Origin: Clostridiaceae bacterium
GTDB taxonomy: Bacteria; Bacillota; Clostridia; Acetivibrionales; DUMB01
DNA length: 64,000 bases
NCBI GenBank assembly: GCA_012840535.1
Contig: DULF01000049.1
Span: 2,846 to 66,845, forward strand
Direction: 5' to 3'
Both the position numbers and the translations under genes were made by a program. The first letter of the stretch is position 1. The number at the start of each line of letters is the position of its first letter. Shown here piece after piece: positions 35,244 through 44,382 of the stretch. A model generated the notes under the pieces. That model was given only the letters and a program-made list of their open reading frames with translations, did no database searches and was not told the origin of the DNA.

Positions 35244-36794
35244 ATGAATATATCTTCAGTAAAAGCAAAAAGATGCGTGTTAGTTTTGATTGTGATGACG
35301 TATGCGCTGTTTATCCTTGGTTTTTCCAATGGTGAAGAACCTGTGCGGGAGGGATCCTTAAAACCCGGCACTCCTGAAAACGTGGTTGTTGAAGTTTTTG
35401 CGGGTTCAGGTGAGTTTAAATTTGAAGAAGGTGAAGCGCTTAAGGCAGGTTTTCGCTATCCATACGGTTTAGCTATTGATAAGGACGGGGGTTTATTGGT
35501 GGCTGATTCATTTAACCATGCTGTCAGAAAGATCATTGACGGTACGGTAGAAACCATTGCAGGAGGTTATGACGAAGGAATGCTGGATCCTTACGGTTTT
35601 CCGGACGGGGGATATGTTGACGGCAAAAAAGCGGTTTCAAGGTTTAATAAGCCCAGGGGCATTGCCTTAAATTCAAAAGGAGTAATTTACATTACAGATA
35701 CCGAAAATCATTCTATAAGGAAAATCGTGGGCGATAAAGTGGTTACATGGGCAGGGAGCGGCAGCGCCGGATACAGAAACGGAAAAGGAAACACAGCTGA
35801 ATTTTGCTTTCCTACCGGCATTGCCATAGACAAATTCGATAACATTTATGTTGCGGATACCTTGAATAATTGTATCAGAAAAATTTCACCGAACGGAATT
35901 GTAACACTTTTTGCGGGAAAACCTGGAGATGAGGGCGGATATAAGGATGGCTGGCTTTTTGAAGCCATGTTCAATGAGCCCACAGGGCTTGCATTCGATA
36001 ATGAAGGGAATTTATACATTGCAGACAGCGGCAACCAGGTTATTCGGAAAATAAGCGGCAGCATGGTATCCACCTACGCAGGCGTGGTGAATGAGAATGA
36101 AAAAATTGCTGAAACAGGCTATTATAAAGGAGGTTACAGGGACGGAAACAGGGAAACGGCGCTGTTCAATTTCCCGAAAGGTCTTGCTGTGACCGGAAAT
36201 GGAACGGTTGTTGTTGCTGACACGTGGAATAACAGAATAAGGGCTGTAAAACCCGACGGAGAAGTTATAACCATTGCCGGTACAGGAGAGCCCGGAGAAG
36301 TGACAGGCCCGGCGGGCAAGGCCATGTTCAGCGGTCCCGTGGACGTTGTATACTGTTCAGGTTTCCTGTACATATCGGATATGTGGAACAATACAATAAA
36401 AAGAATGCCTTTTGATGAAGAAAACCCGATACAAATCAATATACCAGATATTGACGAAATCCAGTTTGAACCTTATTCAGAAAACATACAGGTATGGATA
36501 GACGGAATAAAGGTGGAATTTCCCGATGTTAAGCCTTTTACTGAAGACGGAGTGCAGTTTGTACCTGTAAGGTTTGTTTTTGAAACCTGGGGTGCCGAGG
36601 TGGACTGGGAGCAGGAGACAAAAACAGTTATTATTAAAAAGGAATACAAAGTAGCCTTGATTCATACAAATGAAGAGCCGGTTGTGTTTAAAAACGACAG
36701 GACCATGGTAAGTACCCAATATATGTCTGAAAAGTTCGGCTTTTCAGTGGAATGGATTCCTGAGTACAATGCAGTGGTGTTTGTTACGCAATAG
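35244..36794 (+). CDS. Secreted six-bladed NHL-repeat protein with C-terminal copper-amine-oxidase-N-like (stalk) domain
   Basis: Six repeats of the type P.G(L/I)A.D..G..Y(I/V)AD..N..IRKI. C-terminal VQFVPVRFVFETWGAEVDWEQETKTVIIKK. ATG 35244 follows AAAGGTGG. Confidence 0.85.
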   Translation: MNISSVKAKRCVLVLIVMTYALFILGFSNGEEPVREGSLKPGTPENVVVEVFAGSGEFKFEEGEALKAGFRYPYGLAIDKDGGLLVADSFNHAVRKIIDGTVETIAGGYDEGMLDPYGFPDGGYVDGKKAVSRFNKPRGIALNSKGVIYITDTENHSIRKIVGDKVVTWAGSGSAGYRNGKGNTAEFCFPTGIAIDKFDNIYVADTLNNCIRKISPNGIVTLFAGKPGDEGGYKDGWLFEAMFNEPTGLAFDNEGNLYIADSGNQVIRKISGSMVSTYAGVVNENEKIAETGYYKGGYRDGNRETALFNFPKGLAVTGNGTVVVADTWNNRIRAVKPDGEVITIAGTGEPGEVTGPAGKAMFSGPVDVVYCSGFLYISDMWNNTIKRMPFDEENPIQINIPDIDEIQFEPYSENIQVWIDGIKVEFPDVKPFTEDGVQFVPVRFVFETWGAEVDWEQETKTVIIKKEYKVALIHTNEEPVVFKNDRTMVSTQYMSEKFGFSVEWIPEYNAVVFVTQ

Positions 36795-36839
36795 GCTTTG
36801 GTACTCAATTATCATTTATTTCAGGAGACACTGATTACC

Positions 36840-37688
36840 ATGGAGAAACTGGAATTTAAAATAATATTCTGGGGTGTAAGGGGTTCAATGCCGGTTCCAG
36901 GGCCTTCCACCCTGAAATACGGGGGTAATACCCCTTGTGTCCAGGTGCAGATCGGGGAGAAGCTGATAATACTTGATGCCGGCACGGGCATATGCAATTT
37001 GGGAAAAGAGCTGATAAAGAAAAACACGAAAATAACGGGCCATATATTCATTACCCATGTTCACTGGGACCATATTCACGGCATTCCCTTCTTTCTGCCT
37101 GTATATAAAAAAGGGAATCATTTCAGAGTATTCGGTGAAAGGAAAGGGGATATGGGATTTAAGGAACTGATGTCTCTGATGATGAAAGCGCCTTATTTCC
37201 CTGTAGAAATGGATGCGATCGGCGACCAGATTGAAATATGTGATATAGAAGCAGGCCAAAGAATACAGTTAAGCCCTGGAATTGTTATTAAGACTGAAAG
37301 AAACAATCACCCCAACGGCGGTATTTCATACAGAATAGAACATGGCGGACGTTCTTTTTGCTACGTAACCGATACAGAGCATTATAAGGACACAATTGAT
37401 CCTCTCCTGAAAAATTTTATTGAGGGTGCGGATATCGTTATATATGATGCAAACTATACCGATGAGGAATATAACGGCCTTTGCGGAAATCCTTCACGCA
37501 CTGGATGGGGACATTCCACCTGGCAGGAAGGAATTAAGCTTGTAAGAGCTGCAGGAGCAAAGAAACTTGTGTTGTTTCACCATAATTCGGACAGAACGGA
37601 CAAAGAACTGGATATAATTGATGCACAGGCACGTGATGTATATCCTGATTGCGTAACTGCATATGAGGGTATGCAAATTATTCTGTAA
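36840..37688 (+). CDS. Metallo-beta-lactamase-fold hydrolase (Lactamase_B_2 type)
   Basis: N-terminal FWGVRGSMPVPG, metal motif THVHWDHIHG, and later HSTW and FHH motifs. Confidence 0.85.
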   Translation: MEKLEFKIIFWGVRGSMPVPGPSTLKYGGNTPCVQVQIGEKLIILDAGTGICNLGKELIKKNTKITGHIFITHVHWDHIHGIPFFLPVYKKGNHFRVFGERKGDMGFKELMSLMMKAPYFPVEMDAIGDQIEICDIEAGQRIQLSPGIVIKTERNNHPNGGISYRIEHGGRSFCYVTDTEHYKDTIDPLLKNFIEGADIVIYDANYTDEEYNGLCGNPSRTGWGHSTWQEGIKLVRAAGAKKLVLFHHNSDRTDKELDIIDAQARDVYPDCVTAYEGMQIIL

Positions 37689-37714
37689 ATACAAAAATAT
37701 TGGGGGGTACAAAT

Positions 37715-38329
37715 TTGACGAAATACTTTCCGGTATTAAAATATGTAAACATTCCAACCATTATTACATCTCTGTCAATATGTGCCGGTGTTGTATCTTT
37801 TATTCTGTTTACACATGGAATTTATAATTTTGGCATTCTGGCATATGGTTTTGCCCTGTTTTTTGACGGTATAGACGGCAAAATTGCAAGGAAATTAAAA
37901 AAAGAAACGGATTTTGGAGCGGAGTGCGACAGTTTGTCAGATGCCATAAATTTTACGGTTATTCCTGCCCTGATTGCATATTTTACAGGATTTAAAGGAC
38001 CAATCGCCGTATGCGTTCTTTTGATATATGTAATTTCAGGGATTTGGAGGCTTGCAAACTTTAATATCAGCGGGTTGATCCAGGTTGAAGGCAAAAGCTA
38101 TTTCACAGGCATTTGCACTACCCAGGCGGGCGCGCTGTTTCTGATAGCAATTACGGCATGCCTGGCATTTTTCAAAGATGCGTTGATATATTTTATGTAT
38201 CCTTTCTTTCTGGCATTGGCAATACTTATGAATTTATCATTTAAATGCAATAAAAACGGGCTGTTTACCAAGGCTTTGTATGTGCTGGTACCTGTATCGG
38301 TTTTTGTATCATTCATAAAAGTAGGGTAG
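37715..38329 (+). CDS. pssA: CDP-diacylglycerol-serine O-phosphatidyltransferase (CDP-alcohol phosphatidyltransferase family)
   Basis: Motif DGIDGKIARKLKKETDFGAECDSLSD (DGxxARx8GxxxDxxxD). Polytopic membrane protein upstream of psd. TTG 37715 after GGGGGT is preferred; the track start is TTG 37700. Confidence 0.8.
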   Translation: MTKYFPVLKYVNIPTIITSLSICAGVVSFILFTHGIYNFGILAYGFALFFDGIDGKIARKLKKETDFGAECDSLSDAINFTVIPALIAYFTGFKGPIAVCVLLIYVISGIWRLANFNISGLIQVEGKSYFTGICTTQAGALFLIAITACLAFFKDALIYFMYPFFLALAILMNLSFKCNKNGLFTKALYVLVPVSVFVSFIKVG

Positions 38330-38333
38330 AGGC

Positions 38334-39221
38334 ATGCTGAAAGTATACAACCTCAGAACAGGAAGTTACGAAATTGAAAAAACAGCGGGTAGCAGGTGGC
38401 TGGACGGTTTATATGGGACAGGCACGGGAAGGTTCCTGTTGGAATTATTAATTAAGCATAAGGTTTGTTCTTTTTTGTGCGGGAAATTATGTGACACCCG
38501 CATAAGCGCAAAAATGATCAAAAGGTTTGTTGAGAAATACAATATTGATTTGTCTGAATGTGTGGAGGGCATACACGGTTTTAAAAGCTTTAATGACTTT
38601 TTTACAAGAAAGCTTAAGCCCGGAGCAAGAAAATTTGACCCGGACCCGAACCTGCTGTCGTCACCCGGCGACGGGAGGATGCGGGTCCTGAAGGATATAG
38701 ACCCGGGGAATATATTACAGGTCAAAGGCCTTTTCTATTCCCTTGAAGAGTTGTTACTGGACAGAGAGCTTGCTGAAAAATACAAGGGAGGGATATGTAT
38801 AATTCTGCGCCTTGCTCCCGTGGACTACCACCGTTTTCATTTTGTTGATTCCGGTGTATGCGAAAGGAGCAGGGCTATCAAAGGTTTTTATTACTCGGTA
38901 AACCCCAGGGCCCTTCATGCCATACCGGGGCTTTACTGTAAAAACAACAGGGAAGTCAGTCTTTTCAGGTCAGATAACTTTGGCGATATTACGTATGTAG
39001 AAGTCGGGGCAAAATTTACAGGGACAATTGTTCAGACTTACAAACCTGGAACCAGGGTTGAAAAGGGAGCTGAAAAAGGCTATTTCAAGTTCGGGGGCTC
39101 CACCTGTATACTGCTTTTTGAGAAAAACTCGGCAGTTATCAATGAACAAATATTGGATCAAACCCAAAAAGGTTACGAGGTAAAGGTGCTGGCAGGAGAC
39201 GTAATCGGAAGAAAAGGATGA
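38334..39221 (+). CDS. psd: Phosphatidylserine decarboxylase proenzyme
   Basis: Typical length, with LRLAPVDYHRFH and the self-cleavage-type motif FKFGGSTCILLF near the C-terminus. Confidence 0.85.
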   Translation: MLKVYNLRTGSYEIEKTAGSRWLDGLYGTGTGRFLLELLIKHKVCSFLCGKLCDTRISAKMIKRFVEKYNIDLSECVEGIHGFKSFNDFFTRKLKPGARKFDPDPNLLSSPGDGRMRVLKDIDPGNILQVKGLFYSLEELLLDRELAEKYKGGICIILRLAPVDYHRFHFVDSGVCERSRAIKGFYYSVNPRALHAIPGLYCKNNREVSLFRSDNFGDITYVEVGAKFTGTIVQTYKPGTRVEKGAEKGYFKFGGSTCILLFEKNSAVINEQILDQTQKGYEVKVLAGDVIGRKG

Positions 39222-39245
39222 ATATATAATATTTCCCCTATTTCT

Positions 39246-39743
39246 TCAGCATTCTTTCATCTCCCACTTCGGGCAGTTATAATATTCTATCTGTTGTTTA
39301 TTTATTGGATATCTCCCGCATGAAAAATAGCGCCAGAAGAAAGAGTTATATGACCTGCACAGGTTGTTGGTTGTGTCCAGCAATGGACATGCTATGGCCT
39401 GGCAGCATTTTGTGCACTGGTTGCAGTCGAATGCACCTGCCTTCCAGGAGTCTCTTATCTTTACGATATTCAGGTCGGGAGAAGTTCTGGGAGGTGCGGT
39501 TAAGCTGATGGAAAACTCGCCCCTGTAGGCTTCTGAGGTTAACCATAAAAATGCCAGGCGCCAACATGCCATAACCATGGGAAAGTAGTAACGGAAGTAC
39601 TTCCAGAATTTCAGGTCATTAAAAAAGTAATATGAAAAAAGGGGAACAAGCAGGAGCCCGCCTATACCAAATGTCAGGATGGTAACGGCGGCGAAGATGA
39701 TGAATATTATGCGGTATACAGCGTATTTAACCTTATTTGGCAT
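39246..39743 (-). CDS. Membrane protein with YkgJ/UPF0153-like CxxCxxCC Cys-rich domain
   Basis: Two to three N-terminal hydrophobic helices, then FDCNQCTKCCQAIACPLLD...LCRSY...FSCGRYP...YNCPKWEMKEC. 55 bp downstream of the cNMP-CPBP gene on the same strand. Confidence 0.7.
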   Translation of the reverse strand: MPNKVKYAVYRIIFIIFAAVTILTFGIGGLLLVPLFSYYFFNDLKFWKYFRYYFPMVMACWRLAFLWLTSEAYRGEFSISLTAPPRTSPDLNIVKIRDSWKAGAFDCNQCTKCCQAIACPLLDTTNNLCRSYNSFFWRYFSCGRYPINKQQIEYYNCPKWEMKEC

Positions 39744-39798
39744 ATATGTACTTCAACCCTTCCTTTTTCAGAATGTGATTTATAATCCACAAGCCAAT

Positions 39799-40944
39799 TT
39801 AGAATATAACCCACAAACCCAGCAAACCGGTAAAATTACCGATTAGAAAATGAGAAATGCTGATGCCGATTAAGTTTTTATGCCTATAATACATCCAGCC
39901 CCACAGCCACCCGGTAACAACTGCGGCTAAAGCCAGGTAGATTGAAGCAAAAACATGTAAAGAACCAAAAAGGAGCGATGTTATAATAATTGACAGTACC
40001 ACTTTTGAACGGCCGACCAAAAGCCGTTCCAGGGAACTCTGCACCACTCCCCGGGTTATAAACTCCTGGAGAGGTGCTACCACCAGGTATGTAACATATG
40101 TATAGTCAAAATATTCCCATACTATAATGCGCTTATCGGGAATTTTATCGGGATATGCAACGATAAGCGCGTATTTTGCCAAGGCCAGGATTCCCATAAT
40201 TGCCAGGGAAATAACCAGGGATTCCATAATTGATTTTTTTGCACCTGAAAGGGTTAAACCAAAGTCTTTCCAGCTTAAACTGCTGTTCCTGATAATTTTG
40301 ACAACAAGCGCAAGGGTAGTAACTTCAATGATTCTGGAAATGAAATAAGAACTTTGCTCCGGCAAATGACGGACTATCGCTTCGGTACTCAGCAATCCCA
40401 GGATGAAAGTGTAGCTTGTGATTAACAAAACAATGCTGGTAAATAATGAAGCCAGTTCCGTCCGTATTTTGTTCATTTTTTTCAGTTCTTCGTTTTTTTC
40501 TTCAAGTGAAAGATATGATACTTTCAAACGGTCATAAAGTTTTTGCAGTAATGTGCCAATGATATGGGGATGGGATTTGGTCACTTGTTCGAGATCATCT
40601 TTGAATATTTCATATACTGTCATGTCCGTTTTGGCTACGATGGATGCAGTACGTGTCTTTCCGGTCAGAAGGGCAACTTCACCGAAAAAATCCCCCGAAT
40701 TCAGCTGACCAATCAATACTCCGCCGCTGCTTTCGCTAATTACGTCGGCTTGCCCGTTTTCAATTATGAAAAGGCTGTCAGCCTTGTCACCTTCCCTGAT
40801 AATTCTTTCACCGGGCGTAAAATGCCTTGTTTTAATCCTGTCAAGGATTAAATATAATTCCTTTGGTATTTCACGCTCTTCGTTCAAACTGAAAAAGCTT
40901 CTTAAAGAATTACTTGACAGAAGGTTCTCATAAAACTCATTCAT
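39799..40944 (-). CDS. Cyclic-nucleotide-binding domain fused to a CPBP-family (CAAX/Abi-type) intramembrane metalloprotease
   Basis: cNMP-binding block RIIREGDKADSLFIIENGQADV...GDFFGEVALLTGKTRTASIVA. C-terminal polytopic region carries the CPBP motifs LQEFITRG, SLLFGSLH and SHFLIGN. Confidence 0.85.
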   Translation of the reverse strand: MNEFYENLLSSNSLRSFFSLNEEREIPKELYLILDRIKTRHFTPGERIIREGDKADSLFIIENGQADVISESSGGVLIGQLNSGDFFGEVALLTGKTRTASIVAKTDMTVYEIFKDDLEQVTKSHPHIIGTLLQKLYDRLKVSYLSLEEKNEELKKMNKIRTELASLFTSIVLLITSYTFILGLLSTEAIVRHLPEQSSYFISRIIEVTTLALVVKIIRNSSLSWKDFGLTLSGAKKSIMESLVISLAIMGILALAKYALIVAYPDKIPDKRIIVWEYFDYTYVTYLVVAPLQEFITRGVVQSSLERLLVGRSKVVLSIIITSLLFGSLHVFASIYLALAAVVTGWLWGWMYYRHKNLIGISISHFLIGNFTGLLGLWVIF

Positions 40945-41069
40945 AATATCGCCCCGAAAAAAAAGTTATTTTTCGTAAAGAAACCAATCTGCTGTTTATA
41001 TGCTACTATGTTTCATGAGTTTTTTCAACAGTAGCCGGATGTTACCGGACAACCACCTTTGTTTTTATC

Positions 41070-42449
41070 TTACTGGCTTAGGACTGTTGAGCCGGCATTG
41101 CTGTCCCTGTACCGTTTCCCCCTGGCTACGGCTTTTTTTATTGCCTCATGCTGCCTTTTGCCTATCCTGTAAAAGCTCAATACCACAATTGCCGAGATAA
41201 TTATCAGTCCCGGTACAACGCCCAAAAGGGCCCTCAGAGCAATAAGGGCTGACCTGGGCTGTGGCATGTCTGCAATATAGCCTGACCATTCCAGTACCTG
41301 CCCTGTAATGAATGCTCCCAGGGAGGATGAAAACTGCCTTAAGAAAGACTCCATGCCAAAATATGCTCCCGCTCTTTTTTCACCGGTTTTCATCTCATCA
41401 TACTCTATGCAGTCAGGTATGATGGAGTAAGGTATGACATGAGCGGCGGAAAGGCCGATTCCTGCAACTGCCGACAAAATGTAGATTACTGCGGGTGATC
41501 CTTGTGACAGGAATGATATTATCAGCAAGGGCAGTATAAAGACTATCATGCCGGCGAAATATGCTCCCTTTTTACCTGCCTTTTTTGCAAACCATACCCA
41601 GAAAGGTAAAAATACTGCTGCAACAATGAAAATTATGCCCAATATTATTTCCGAGTGAGCTTCCATATCCAGCACATACTTCATGTAGAACATCAGCACC
41701 ATGCTAACTACTTCTATTGCCAGCCAGGTGAGCAAACACATGGTGATTGCCAGGATAAAAGGTTTATTGCTCAGTGTTAATTTTATACTTTCAATAAAGG
41801 AAAAGGTTTTTTCTCCCTTGACCGTGTTATTTTCCCTGCATCCAAAAAAAACAAACAGGGGAGAGAATATTATTGCAAGCCCGAATACTGCCCCCATGAC
41901 GGCATAGCCTTTAATTTGAACGGAAAAAAGGTCTACGATCATTTTTGGTACAACTGCTGCCACAAGGCCTGCTATGATGGAGAAGACCATTCTCCATGCG
42001 GCAATGCTGGTGCGTTCATCATAGTCATCTGTCAGCTCAGCGGAAAGGGAAGAATAGGGCACTGCTATTACACTGTAAAAAGTGATGTGAAGTATATAAA
42101 CGATTATTATAAGAAGCAGAGTGGCCAGCATTGAGGTTTCAACCAAGAGGGGGACTGACCAAATCAGAAAGAAACTTATGCCGAAAGGTATGGCAAAGTA
42201 TAAGAAATAGGGCCTTCTCCTGCCCCACTTTGTGTCTGTTTTGTCTGAAATGTTGCCGATTAACGGGTCAATAAAGGCATCCCATAGCTTTGCAACCAAA
42301 AGGGCGCTGCCGACCCAACCGGGATTTATTTTGACAACGTCAGAAAGATAAAAAAGAAGAAACACACTGATAACCGTATATGAAGCACTAAAACCGATAT
42401 CACCGGCGCCGTATGCCATCTTTACTCTCAAAGGCAGCTTGGTGGACAT
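41070..42449 (-). CDS. GPH-family (glycoside-pentoside-hexuronide:cation symporter, MelB/YicJ-like) transporter
   Basis: N-terminal MAYGAGDIGF...WDAFIDPLIGNISDKTDTKWGRRRPY and about 12 TM helices. ATG 42449 follows AGGGGGTG. Confidence 0.85.
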   Translation of the reverse strand: MSTKLPLRVKMAYGAGDIGFSASYTVISVFLLFYLSDVVKINPGWVGSALLVAKLWDAFIDPLIGNISDKTDTKWGRRRPYFLYFAIPFGISFFLIWSVPLLVETSMLATLLLIIIVYILHITFYSVIAVPYSSLSAELTDDYDERTSIAAWRMVFSIIAGLVAAVVPKMIVDLFSVQIKGYAVMGAVFGLAIIFSPLFVFFGCRENNTVKGEKTFSFIESIKLTLSNKPFILAITMCLLTWLAIEVVSMVLMFYMKYVLDMEAHSEIILGIIFIVAAVFLPFWVWFAKKAGKKGAYFAGMIVFILPLLIISFLSQGSPAVIYILSAVAGIGLSAAHVIPYSIIPDCIEYDEMKTGEKRAGAYFGMESFLRQFSSSLGAFITGQVLEWSGYIADMPQPRSALIALRALLGVVPGLIIISAIVVLSFYRIGKRQHEAIKKAVARGKRYRDSNAGSTVLSQ

Positions 42450-42719
42450 ATAAACACCCCCTAAACCCATTATATATCAAGCAATACATACAATCAATTG
42501 TGTTGTTTATTCCATACAGATGCTACAATTAAAACAATTTTAAATATGATTACATGATTTCCCAATTTATATTTGTATAAACAAGTGTTTAAAATTTAAT
42601 AGTATTGCTATGAAATGCTGTTTAAGTTTAACATAATTATATATTTGCATTAACTTGTGTGTTAAAATTAATAGGACAGGGAAGCAGGTACTAAACACGT
42701 AAATAAGGATGGATTTGCT

Positions 42720-43106
42720 ATGAAGCTGGTAACTGCAGCAATTATTATAAATGATGGCAAAGTTTTAATAGCTCAAAGGGCAAAAAATCAAAATATGGCT
42801 GGTAAATGGGAATTTCCTGGAGGAAAGGTTGAGCCTGGTGAAACTCCGGAAGAGTGTTTGAAGCGTGAAATCCGAGAAGAGCTTGGTATTAACATTGAGG
42901 TGAATGATTTCTTCGGTGAAAGCACATATCAATATGATACGGGAACAATAAAACTTATTGCATATAAGGTACAATGGATTGATGGTGAATTCAGACTGTC
43001 GGCACACAATCAAATAAAATGGGTTGAACCATATGAATTAGGAAACTTTGATTTTGCACCGGCAGATGTTGCTTTTGTTAAAAAGCTAAAGGAGGAACTT
43101 ATATGA
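42720..43106 (+). CDS. mutT: NUDIX hydrolase, MutT/8-oxo-dGTP diphosphatase-like
   Basis: Nudix box GKWEFPGGKVEPGETPEECLKREIREELGI; 128 aa. Confidence 0.85.
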   Translation: MKLVTAAIIINDGKVLIAQRAKNQNMAGKWEFPGGKVEPGETPEECLKREIREELGINIEVNDFFGESTYQYDTGTIKLIAYKVQWIDGEFRLSAHNQIKWVEPYELGNFDFAPADVAFVKKLKEELI

Positions 43107-43308
43107 GTTTTAACCCAGGATTAAAAATTAATTTTTATAGAGGCAGGTAATTGTAGTTCTAAGTTCCAGTTACCTTGCTGACATATTACCATATAATTCC
43201 GTATCCCATTAGCATAAAAAATTTTGCAGAAAAACTGGACGGTAAAACACGTCTGTTCATTTTCCCTTTAAAGAGATGAGGATACTGTACTTAAAGTGAA
43301 TATTAAGG

Positions 43309-43336
43309 TTGATTTTTTGCTGCATTGTAGTATAAT
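43309..43336 (+). promoter_or_regulatory. Putative sigma-A promoter of the thi operon
   Basis: TTGATT (43309-43314), 16-nt spacer, TATAAT (43331-43336), about 25 nt upstream of the riboswitch. Confidence 0.55.
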
Positions 43337-43361
43337 TAAAAATAATAAATAAATAAATAAA

Positions 43362-43447
43362 AAGGGGAGCTTGCTGTAAGCAGGCTGAGAGTAAGCTGTA
43401 TGCTTAGACCCTTATAACCTGATGTGGGTAATGCCAACGTAGGGAAA
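43362..43447 (+). promoter_or_regulatory. TPP (THI-box) riboswitch aptamer
   Basis: Conserved elements GGGGAGC...CTGAGAG...ACCCTTATAACCTGATGTGGGTAATGCCAACGTAGGGAA. Positioned upstream of thiM. Confidence 0.85.
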
Positions 43448-43464
43448 TAATGAGCAGAGTGTAC

Positions 43465-43502
43465 TGCATATATGCTTTCGTTGGCGTATATGCATTTTTT
43501 TT
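43465..43502 (+). terminator. Riboswitch expression-platform intrinsic terminator
   Basis: Stem TGCATATATGC / GCGTATATGCA (one G-U) followed by T9 (43494-43502). Confidence 0.75.
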
Positions 43503-43560
43503 GATGTTGGAGCCCATCAGCCTGTATTTCAGTCTATATCTATTATGAAAGGGGATAACC

Positions 43561-44382
43561 ATGATAAAAAATTGTATTGAAAATGTCCGCAGTAAAACGC
43601 CCCTTGTTCACAATATTACAAACTATGTAACCGTGAACGATGTTGCAAATGCGCTTCTTGCTTGCGGAGCAAGACCCATTATGTCTGATGATCCGGAAGA
43701 AGTTGAAGAAATCACGTCCATTTGCGGGGGCTTGAATATCAATATCGGAACACTTAATAAAAACACAATCCCCTCAATGTTTCTTGCCGGGAAAAAAGCA
43801 AACGAACTGGGACACAAGGTTTTGCTTGATCCGGTTGGGGCAGGAGCAAGCAGGCTTCGTACAGATACGGCGGTAAAACTGATGAAGGAGATTAAGTTTA
43901 ATGTGATCAGGGGCAATATATCCGAGATTAAAACATTAGCACTGGGAAGCGGAAGGACAAGGGGTGTCGACGCTGATGTCGCAGATGCCGTAACAGAAAA
44001 TAATCTTGATAATGCAATATCTTTTGTGAAAGAGTTTGCGAAAAGGCAAGGAAGCATTATTGCAGTTACAGGAGCAATTGACCTTGTTACCGATGGGGAA
44101 AAGTGCTATGTTATAAGAAACGGCAGGGCGGAAATGGGAAGCATTACTGGGACAGGCTGCCAGCTTTCCGCAATAATAACCGCGTTTCTTGTGGCAAATC
44201 CGGAGAACGAGCTTGAGGCAACCGCTGCTGCTGTGTGTGCCATGGGGCTCGCGGGAGAAATAGGATGGAGCAATATGCAGCTTTGCGACGGGAATTCCAC
44301 ATACAGAAACAGAATTATTGACGCTATTTATAATATGGATGGAGAAACATTGGAAAAAGGAGCAAAGTATGAAATTCGATAA
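43561..44382 (+). CDS. thiM: Hydroxyethylthiazole kinase
   Basis: NITNYVTVNDVANALLACGARPIMS and ITGTGC motifs; 273 aa. Confidence 0.9.
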   Translation: MIKNCIENVRSKTPLVHNITNYVTVNDVANALLACGARPIMSDDPEEVEEITSICGGLNINIGTLNKNTIPSMFLAGKKANELGHKVLLDPVGAGASRLRTDTAVKLMKEIKFNVIRGNISEIKTLALGSGRTRGVDADVADAVTENNLDNAISFVKEFAKRQGSIIAVTGAIDLVTDGEKCYVIRNGRAEMGSITGTGCQLSAIITAFLVANPENELEATAAAVCAMGLAGEIGWSNMQLCDGNSTYRNRIIDAIYNMDGETLEKGAKYEIR

